26,432 bases of DNA. It comes from Patescibacteria group bacterium (lineage in GTDB: Bacteria > Patescibacteriota > Patescibacteriia > Magasanikbacterales > GWA2-37-8). The position numbers were made by a program, and so were the translations under genes. Each line of letters opens with the position of its first letter. Position 1 is the stretch's first letter. The stretch spans positions 1,291 through 27,722 of the forward strand of contig JBBTSL010000045.1 in NCBI GenBank assembly GCA_038064745.1, in the 5' to 3' direction. Under the pieces are notes generated by a model. That model ran no database searches. It was not told the origin of the DNA and saw only the letters and a program-made list of their open reading frames with translations. Positions 18,300 to 24,859 of the stretch are shown piece by piece.

Positions 18300-19542
18300 A
18301 TCGTTGTATAATTACGTCACAGAAGACTGGATCTTTTTCAATTGTGAATGATTTGCGTTTCATCTGCTCGCACGCCGCCATGGTGCTACCCGATCCTCCG
18401 AAGAGGTCGAGGACGATGTCTCCGGGCTTCGTACAGCGTCTGAGCGGCTTCTCGTGAAGCGATACGGGTTTTTCGGTTGGATGCGTATAGTCTTGGCCGT
18501 TGAGTCGTTTGGCGAGCCAGATATCGAACAGATCCACAATGTCATCGATCGTACGGTTACCTGGCTGAATATCGCGGTTGAGAATCTCGGTAAGGTTCAT
18601 CACCTTGTCGCAGAGATACGGCGAACCGATGACCCCATACACGCAAGGCTCATACGCCTTGTTGAACGCGATCTGAGGTGTCATGTTGAAATTGTTCTTC
18701 ACCCATAGGCACACGCGCTTATTTTTTATTCCAGTTTCCTCGTAAAGGGATTGCAGAAGTCCGATGGAAAGTTGGTCTACCCACATAAAGAAGTGGGCAT
18801 CCGGTTTAGCCACCGCCTTCGCGTTTTCAATGCACGTTTTCAGGAACACGCGGTATTCCACTGGCGACTTATTGTCATCGACCTTGCCGCCATACTTACC
18901 TTTGGTCGAAATACCCTTGGAGTAGTCGAGCGAAATGTTGTAGGGAAAATCCGAGTAACACATGTCTACCTTGTGTTTGCCCATGATATGAGACACGGCT
19001 TTTGGGTCTGTGGAATCACCGCACAATAAAATGTGATCACCGAGCTGGAACATCTCCCCGAGTTTTGTCTTCGGCTTCTTGATCGCTGCCGCGGCTTTCT
19101 CCGAATCGAAGTCGTCTTCTTCGACGGAGAGCGTGTCATCCCATATGTGGCTGAGATCAGTTTCATCGAACCCTACCTCGATCAGCATCTCCATGTTGAA
19201 TTCCTTCAGGAGATCCCAATCCCATTCGCCAGTATTTCTGTTTAACCTGACGTTTAACTCCTTCTCTCTTTCAAGATCCGGAATGTTCACGTAAACGACT
19301 GGCACCTGCGTAAAGCCAAGAGACTTGGCGACGGATAATCTGAAGTTCCCCCCGATTACTATGTTCTTCCGCTTTGGCGCGGAGTTCACAATCAGGGGGT
19401 CAAGCATGCCAAATCGCTTGATACTGTCCTTGAGCTTTTCCTCCGCGATCACATCGTGTTTTCTCGGATTGAAGCTTGGCGTGGTAAGTGCATCTATTGC
19501 GACGTACTCCACTTTGATTGAACCTTTGGATATTTCTGACAT
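18259..19542 (-). CDS. ParB-like N-terminal domain fused to N4/N6 DNA methyltransferase
   Basis: NPRK...FGMLDPLIVN...IGGNFR...LNRNTGEWD (ParB-N); SDFPYN, HPTEKP, LDLFGGSGST (MTase). Confidence 0.92.
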   Translation of the reverse strand: MSEISKGSIKVEYVAIDALTTPSFNPRKHDVIAEEKLKDSIKRFGMLDPLIVNSAPKRKNIVIGGNFRLSVAKSLGFTQVPVVYVNIPDLEREKELNVRLNRNTGEWDWDLLKEFNMEMLIEVGFDETDLSHIWDDTLSVEEDDFDSEKAAAAIKKPKTKLGEMFQLGDHILLCGDSTDPKAVSHIMGKHKVDMCYSDFPYNISLDYSKGISTKGKYGGKVDDNKSPVEYRVFLKTCIENAKAVAKPDAHFFMWVDQLSIGLLQSLYEETGIKNKRVCLWVKNNFNMTPQIAFNKAYEPCVYGVIGSPYLCDKVMNLTEILNRDIQPGNRTIDDIVDLFDIWLAKRLNGQDYTHPTEKPVSLHEKPLRRCTKPGDIVLDLFGGSGSTMAACEQMKRKSFTIEKDPVFCDVIIQRYEKLTNQKAKRIN

Positions 19543-19572
19543 ATAACGAAACGTGAATAATAAGAGAATGAA

Positions 19573-19603
19573 AAAAATCCCAACCGATCAGGTTAGGATT
19601 TTT
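19573..19603 (-). terminator. intrinsic terminator upstream of the ParB-MTase operon
   Basis: On the - strand AAAAAUCCUAACC-UGAUC-GGUUGGGAUUUUUUU: fully paired with one U.G, followed by a 7-U tract. Confidence 0.65.
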
Positions 19604-19844
19604 ATATGGAACAAATGGGCATTAAGTTAAATACAAAAAAACTAAAACTGATAAGTTTTTATGTACTCGACCTAATGCCTATAACTTTGATAAGAGTAGG
19701 AGCTTTCCCTCGCACTTTGGCTACGTTCGTTTGTCTAACTGTTTATTTTATGTGGCGTTTCAGTGTTCTCCTTAGCAATAACGGTGTACCACCACAAACG
19801 TAGGAGTAATTGGATTTTTAAAGAACGCGTAACCGTACCGTGTC

Positions 19845-20063
19845 TTACTTGCCGAAACCGCGAATTGTGCCGAGCAAGTCTTCGACAGACGCATTCACGT
19901 CGTCAACGACCTTATCGACCGATTGTTCTTTCTTGAGTGCGATACTTTTCCCGCACCCAGGACAAACCAGTGACTTTTCCTCCCTCACGTCATTGAGAGA
20001 GAAAGAGATTGGTGCCTCGCATCCCGGGCATGCTGTTTTAATTTGCTCTTGCCCGATATCCAT
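19845..20063 (-). CDS. small Zn-ribbon protein (CPGC...CPGC)
   Basis: 72 aa, two CxxC pairs, C-terminal amphipathic helix; near-consensus promoter directly upstream. Confidence 0.75.
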   Translation of the reverse strand: MDIGQEQIKTACPGCEAPISFSLNDVREEKSLVCPGCGKSIALKKEQSVDKVVDDVNASVEDLLGTIRGFGK

Positions 20064-20090
20064 ACCGAATATTTAGTGAATTATGAGGAT

Positions 20091-20119
20091 ATTTTACCGA
20101 GGGCGTTTATGGCTGTCAA
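20091..20119 (-). promoter_or_regulatory. leftward sigma70 promoter
   Basis: On the - strand TTGACA (20119-20114), 17-nt spacer, TAAAAT (20096-20091). Confidence 0.75.
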
Positions 20120-20142
20120 GTCCGTCAAGTTTTGCACTTGAC
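20115..20142. promoter_or_regulatory. candidate repressor operator (GTCAAGT half-sites)
   Basis: GTCAAGT at 20115-21 and 20124-30; inverted ACTTGAC at 20136-42, forming a perfect IR with a 5-nt spacer; overlaps both -35 boxes. Confidence 0.55.
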
Positions 20143-20165
20143 TATTATGTACTATCCTGTACTAT
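20138..20165 (+). promoter_or_regulatory. rightward promoter for the repressor operon
   Basis: TTGACT (20138-43), 16-nt spacer, TACTAT (20160-65); ATG follows at 20177. Confidence 0.55.
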
Positions 20166-20176
20166 TATTTTCAAAT

Positions 20177-20827
20177 ATGCATGAAATCCAACAAAAAATC
20201 TTGGAGCTGGCAAAGAAATATGACCTTGGAAGCTTAAGTTTGCGGAAGATCGGCGAGCTTATTGGTCAACCCCATCCACAGCAGGTGAAGCATCACTTCG
20301 AGAAGCTTGTTTCGGCAGGTCTTCTGAAGGCAAGCTTTGACCGAAAGATCGTTAAAAAAGTTGATGTGACTAGGAAAACAGCGGATGGACTTCTGTTGAT
20401 CCCTATTTTTGGCAGTGCAAACGCTGGTCCAGCGACTATTTTTGCAGATGAAACCCTTCAGGGGTACCTGCATGTATCAAAGTCCCTTCTTCCCAAGACT
20501 CGCGGCAAAGTATTCGCGGTGCGCGTGAGCGGAAACTCAATGAATGACGCATCGCTTAACGGCAAAACGATCGACGACGGCGACTTCGCGATTGTCGATT
20601 CTGGTCAGACCGACCCGCCAAGCGGCAAGTACGTGCTGTCAGTCATTGGTGACGTTGCGAACATCAAACGTCTGGTTAAGGACGAGGAAAACGAGCAGAT
20701 TATCCTCGCCTCGGACTCGAAGGAAAAATCGTACTCGCCGATTTACATTCACGAGGACGAAAAAGAGACGTTCCGAATCAGTGGTGTGGTTGTGGAGGTG
20801 ATGAAAGATCCAAAATTAAAAAAGTAA
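20177..20827 (+). CDS. LexA/CI-like repressor (wHTH plus S24 peptidase)
   Basis: N-terminal wHTH, Ala-Gly cleavage site (FGSANAG), catalytic Ser (VSGNSM) and Lys (NIKRL). ATG 20177 preferred over 20132. Confidence 0.9.
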   Translation: MHEIQQKILELAKKYDLGSLSLRKIGELIGQPHPQQVKHHFEKLVSAGLLKASFDRKIVKKVDVTRKTADGLLLIPIFGSANAGPATIFADETLQGYLHVSKSLLPKTRGKVFAVRVSGNSMNDASLNGKTIDDGDFAIVDSGQTDPPSGKYVLSVIGDVANIKRLVKDEENEQIILASDSKEKSYSPIYIHEDEKETFRISGVVVEVMKDPKLKK

Positions 20828-20834
20828 AGTTCAT

Positions 20835-21896
20835 ATGGCTTACGAAATTGACTATCTCCCAGTGGGAGAAGGTGAAAGGGGCGGAGATGCGATCGCATTG
20901 CGTTTTGGAAACCTTGCGGGTTCGCGTGAAGAGCAGACCGTAATTGTGATTGATGGTGGGACTAAGGACTCTGGCACCGCCTTGGTTGAACACATCAAGC
21001 TCTATTACGGAGGAACAGACTTTGTTGACTTTGTAATCTCTACACATCCAGATGCAGATCATGCCTCAGGGCTGTGCGTAGTTTTGGAGCAGATGCGAGT
21101 CGGAACGCTTGTAATGCACAAGCCTTGGGAACATGCCGAAGATATCAAGAGTCTTTTTGTTAACGGCAGAATTACCGCTTCTGGTCTTGAAGATAAACTG
21201 GAAAAGTCGCTTCAGCACGCAAGCGATCTCGAATCGCTCGCCAAGGGGAAAAACATCACGGTAGTTGAACCGTTTCAAGGCGTTGCCGGAATGGACGGAG
21301 CGATTCATGTGCTGGGTCCATCAATGGAATACTATCAATCCTTGCTGCCGCATTTTCGTGGTACACCACAACCAAAAGATGCATTGGGTATTCTTGGAGC
21401 GATAAGAAAAGCAGCGGAAGATATCGTGAATAGTATCCGTGATAGCCTTGACATTGACCTGTTGAACAACGACGAAGATACGACTTCCGCCGAAAATAAT
21501 ACGAGTACTGTGATTCTCTTTAACCTGGACGGTCACAAGATGCTATTTACAGGAGATGCAGGAAAAACCGCCCTTCATAACGCATCCGATTATGCTGAGA
21601 CATCGGGAATCGCGTTAACCGACCTGCATTTTCTTGACGTTCCTCATCATGGAAGCAAGAGAAATCTTAGCAGCAGCCTCCTAAAGAGGATCAAAGCGCA
21701 GGTCGCTTACGTTTCTGTTCCAAAAGAATCAACTAAGCATCCTGCAAAGAAAGTCACCAACGCGCTTAAAAAAATCGGCGCGTCAGTCTATACGACAAAG
21801 GGAAAAACTATTCGATACAGTAGTGCCGATGCTCCGGCGCGGGCAGGATGGAGCGCAATTCAGGAAGAACCGTTCCACGAATACGTCGAGGAATAG
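20835..21896 (+). CDS. ComEC/Rec2-like metallo-beta-lactamase-fold hydrolase
   Basis: GGDAI, VIDGG, STHPDADHASG, LFTGDAG, DVPHHGS; no membrane domain. Confidence 0.88.
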   Translation: MAYEIDYLPVGEGERGGDAIALRFGNLAGSREEQTVIVIDGGTKDSGTALVEHIKLYYGGTDFVDFVISTHPDADHASGLCVVLEQMRVGTLVMHKPWEHAEDIKSLFVNGRITASGLEDKLEKSLQHASDLESLAKGKNITVVEPFQGVAGMDGAIHVLGPSMEYYQSLLPHFRGTPQPKDALGILGAIRKAAEDIVNSIRDSLDIDLLNNDEDTTSAENNTSTVILFNLDGHKMLFTGDAGKTALHNASDYAETSGIALTDLHFLDVPHHGSKRNLSSSLLKRIKAQVAYVSVPKESTKHPAKKVTNALKKIGASVYTTKGKTIRYSSADAPARAGWSAIQEEPFHEYVEE

Positions 21897-21898
21897 AT

Positions 21899-22591
21899 AT
21901 GAAACCAGATGCATATACACTCGTCGCGCGAATATTTCCAGGCATCCTCGGTGTCATTCCGTTTCTTGTCCTATATTTTCGCGCTTTGCGACCATTAATC
22001 GGAGATCTTGTTGATAGTATCTTCGGACTTCAATTCGTTTCTGACGTAACGATCCCCCTCGTTCTTCTGTACCTATTCGTGCAGTTGGCAAAGTACTTAT
22101 CAAAGGAGCTGTACCAGAAGAAAATGTTTAACAACGGTCTGAACATGCCGACGACAAATTTCTTGTTGCATCTCAACGACTTTTTTACAAGGGATTTCAC
22201 GAAAAAAGTACATGAAAAAATCTTGTCGGACTTCAACATTCAAATTCCAAGTATTGAAGCCGAACAATCTGACTCCGTTCATTCCCGAAAGACTATTAGC
22301 GAGGCGGTATCCTGCATCTGCGGAAAAATGAAAAAAGGGCATCTCATCGGTCAGCACAATACAGAATATGGTTTCTGGAGGAATCTCGCCGGAGGATCAA
22401 TTATTTCGGTGATTGCATCGGTAGTGAGCGTTATCGTTTTTGCGTGGCTCTACCCTGATGGGTCAGCTTTGCGTACGTCGATCGCTCTTGGAATCATATA
22501 CTCTATCCATCTGATTTTCGCCAAAAAAATGATAGTTCATTCTGGAGAAGAGTACGCAAAAATACTCATCCGCGAATATGTTGTGAGCTAG
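21899..22591 (+). CDS. 4-TM membrane protein of unknown function
   Basis: Two pairs of hydrophobic helices flanking a soluble domain ending HNTEYGFWRNL; starts 2 nt after the MBL stop. Confidence 0.8.
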   Translation: MKPDAYTLVARIFPGILGVIPFLVLYFRALRPLIGDLVDSIFGLQFVSDVTIPLVLLYLFVQLAKYLSKELYQKKMFNNGLNMPTTNFLLHLNDFFTRDFTKKVHEKILSDFNIQIPSIEAEQSDSVHSRKTISEAVSCICGKMKKGHLIGQHNTEYGFWRNLAGGSIISVIASVVSVIVFAWLYPDGSALRTSIALGIIYSIHLIFAKKMIVHSGEEYAKILIREYVVS

Positions 22592-22612
22592 TTTTGGTTT
22601 TTCCTTATCCCT

Positions 22613-22939
22613 ATGCCAACAAAACAATCAACCGTAGACTACATTCTTGATCAGTTAGCTGATCTTCCTGGCATCGAAGCCAAGAAAATGTTTGGCGAGT
22701 ACGCCTTGTACACGTCCGGTAAAGTTGTTGGGCTGATCTGCGACGATACGCTCTTCATTAAGATTACGGATGCTGGAAAGCAGTTTGTTGGCGATGACTA
22801 CAAGGAGGGTTCTGCGTACCCAGGGGCAAAGGCATCAATGGAAATACACGGAGACTTGTTGGAAAACCGCGAATGGCTTTCGAAACTTGTCGCCATCACT
22901 GAAAAAAATCTACCCACGCCAAAACCAAAGAAGAAATAG
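22613..22939 (+). CDS. TfoX/Sxy N-terminal domain protein
   Basis: VDYILDQL...AKKMFGEYALY..GKVVGLICDDTLFIK. Confidence 0.85.
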   Translation: MPTKQSTVDYILDQLADLPGIEAKKMFGEYALYTSGKVVGLICDDTLFIKITDAGKQFVGDDYKEGSAYPGAKASMEIHGDLLENREWLSKLVAITEKNLPTPKPKKK

Positions 22940-22946
22940 AATCGGT

Positions 22947-24266
22947 ATGCAAGAAAAAATGCAAAAGCCAATTGCATACTGTCTTTACGCGCGTAAAAGC
23001 AGCGAGTCGGAGGAGCGTCAATCTCTTTCCATTGATTCCCAAATCAAAGAAATGCAGAAGCTCGCCGAGCGCGAAGGCTTAAACATCAAGGAGATAAAAC
23101 GTGAGAGTCGTTCCGCAAAGTCGCGGGGAGACAGACCGATTTTCAACGAGCTGATCAACGACGTTCGTTTTGGTAAATTTGGTGGTATTCTCACATGGGC
23201 AACTGACCGCCTCAGTCGTAATGCTGGAGATTTAGGCGCACTGGTCGATCTGATGGATGCGGGAAAACTTATTGATATTCGCACGTTCAACCAGCGTTTC
23301 ACGAATTCGCCCAACGAGAAGTTTTTGCTCATGATTCTTGGCAGTCAGGCGAAACTAGAGAACGACAACCGAAGCGTAAACGTAAAGCGCGGTATTCGTT
23401 CTCGCGTCCAAGCTGGATTATGGCCTGGTCCTGCGCCTATTGGCTATCTCAACCAAAACCGTACGGATAAAAGATGCGAAGTGATCGTCGATATCGAGCG
23501 AGCGCCTACCATCAAACAAATGTTTGAGAAGGTGGCTAATAATCGCATGAGTACGAGGAATATTTACCAGTGGTTGAAGGACATCGGATTTCGTTCACAT
23601 CACGGAAAAGTTTTCGCCCACAGTAGCGTACAAAGAACGCTGAATAATCCATTTTACTACGGGCGGTTCGAGCATCCTAAGAAAAGCGGTAAGTGGCATA
23701 CGGGCAAACACGAGCCGATCATCACCAAGGCGTTGTTTCAAAAAGTTCAGGATCGACTTCATCGTATTCAGACCAAGCGAAGCGTGAAGGAGTTTTCTTT
23801 TGTCCGTCTTTTTACCTGTGGTCTTTGCGGATCTGGCATCGTTGCTGAGGACAAGGTGAAGAAGCTAAGTGACGGAACGATAGCTCATTACATTTATTAC
23901 GGGTGCAGTCGTGGTCGGGATCGATTCTGCAAGAATAGCTATATTCGCGAGGAGGAGCTGATCAAGGAGCTGGTTGGAATCATCGACACGGCAGAAATTG
24001 ATGAACTTGGCATTCGTTATAAATTCGACGAAGAGGTCACGCGGTACGGCAAGTTTTTAAATCACGTTCTAGGCAAACCCACAGATCTCAAAGCGGAAGA
24101 GATCGAGCTAAATATTCGGGCATACGCCAAGTACGTCTTAATGGACGGTTCCAAAACCGAAAAGCGCGAACTCCTCGGACATTTGCGGAGCCGCCTCGTT
24201 TATACGCACAAGAAGTTTCGTCTTTTACCTTCCGAGCAACAGGAAGAGGAATCAGTCGTCCAGTAA
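22947..24266 (+). CDS. large serine recombinase 2 (short form, paralogue of recombinase 1)
   Basis: YCLYARKSS, DRLSRN, NPFYYG...GKHEPIIT, CGLC...YYGC...C. ATG 22947 (or 22959); the 22770 start overlaps tfoX. Confidence 0.93.
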   Translation: MQEKMQKPIAYCLYARKSSESEERQSLSIDSQIKEMQKLAEREGLNIKEIKRESRSAKSRGDRPIFNELINDVRFGKFGGILTWATDRLSRNAGDLGALVDLMDAGKLIDIRTFNQRFTNSPNEKFLLMILGSQAKLENDNRSVNVKRGIRSRVQAGLWPGPAPIGYLNQNRTDKRCEVIVDIERAPTIKQMFEKVANNRMSTRNIYQWLKDIGFRSHHGKVFAHSSVQRTLNNPFYYGRFEHPKKSGKWHTGKHEPIITKALFQKVQDRLHRIQTKRSVKEFSFVRLFTCGLCGSGIVAEDKVKKLSDGTIAHYIYYGCSRGRDRFCKNSYIREEELIKELVGIIDTAEIDELGIRYKFDEEVTRYGKFLNHVLGKPTDLKAEEIELNIRAYAKYVLMDGSKTEKRELLGHLRSRLVYTHKKFRLLPSEQQEEESVVQ

Positions 24267-24737
24267 TAACTCAGAATCCAGGCTCAGATTCTCTTCCTTC
24301 AGAAATACATAGAAGTACGGTTTACCATTAGCATTTCTAACAATCCTTGCTTTCAGCTCGCCACTTCGTGCTTTCGCCTGAACCGTCGTGTGATGCCAGC
24401 CGTATTTTGATGTGAGCTGGCTTACTGAGAACCACGCTTTGTCGTCCAAGACTGCCGATCCGGGGACAACGTCTTCATCGACCGCCTTTCGGCAGAGCGG
24501 ACACTTGAGACCGTACTGGTCATACCAGCCCTCGTTATCCCTCATGGATCGACGGCACAAATTGCAGTCGTAAATCCCGTAGGTTATCGGGAAACCGTCG
24601 GGTTCAGTTTTGAGCCGCTCTTTCCATCCCTCAAGCCGCATGTGAATGCTCAGGAGTAGCTCGCCGAATTTCACAAATTGCACGATTTCCTCATCCGTAA
24701 AACTTCGGTTTTGTTCGTGTTCCGTTCGTGTTTCCAT
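24252..24737 (-). CDS. Zn-finger plus excisionase/MerR-like wHTH protein
   Basis: CNLC...CPLC, then FSVSQLTSKYGWHHTTVQAKARSGELKAR. ATG 24737 preferred because the 24920 extension crosses the repeat/att region. Confidence 0.65.
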   Translation of the reverse strand: METRTEHEQNRSFTDEEIVQFVKFGELLLSIHMRLEGWKERLKTEPDGFPITYGIYDCNLCRRSMRDNEGWYDQYGLKCPLCRKAVDEDVVPGSAVLDDKAWFSVSQLTSKYGWHHTTVQAKARSGELKARIVRNANGKPYFYVFLKEENLSLDSELLLDD

Positions 24738-24773
24738 AGTTGTTAAATTCCCTTTATATTCGCTATTTTTGTG

Positions 24774-24859
24774 TGAGACAGACCCCCTCTGTACTGTCTC
24801 AGATGTCTCATTTTGATGAGACCCGGGTGCTTGTTTGACCCCCTCAAAAGACCCCTCAA
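24774..24859. repeat. cluster of short inverted and direct repeats beside the att-like site
   Basis: TGAGACAG/CTGTCTCA IR (24774-81/24794-801); GTCTCAT/ATGAGAC IR (24805-11/24816-22); GACCCC(C)TC at 24781, 24837 and 24850. Confidence 0.6.

Noticed and set aside
4552-19846. Shared TACCGYGTCT motif at about 4552 and 19837
   Set aside because: A 10-mer with one mismatch is expected by chance at this scale.
15127-20827. Intact prophage
   Set aside because: No portal, capsid, tail, lysis or replication genes in the window.
20835-22939. Natural competence locus (ComEC-like plus TfoX)
   Set aside because: The MBL lacks the ComEC membrane channel, the TfoX protein is N-domain only, and both families are common outside competence; no pilus or dprA genes.
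22770-22946. N-terminal extensions of recombinase 2 (and of the 4679, 20132, 21848 and 24920 ORFs)
   Set aside because: They overlap neighbouring genes, promoters or the att region; downstream ATGs fit the domain starts better.
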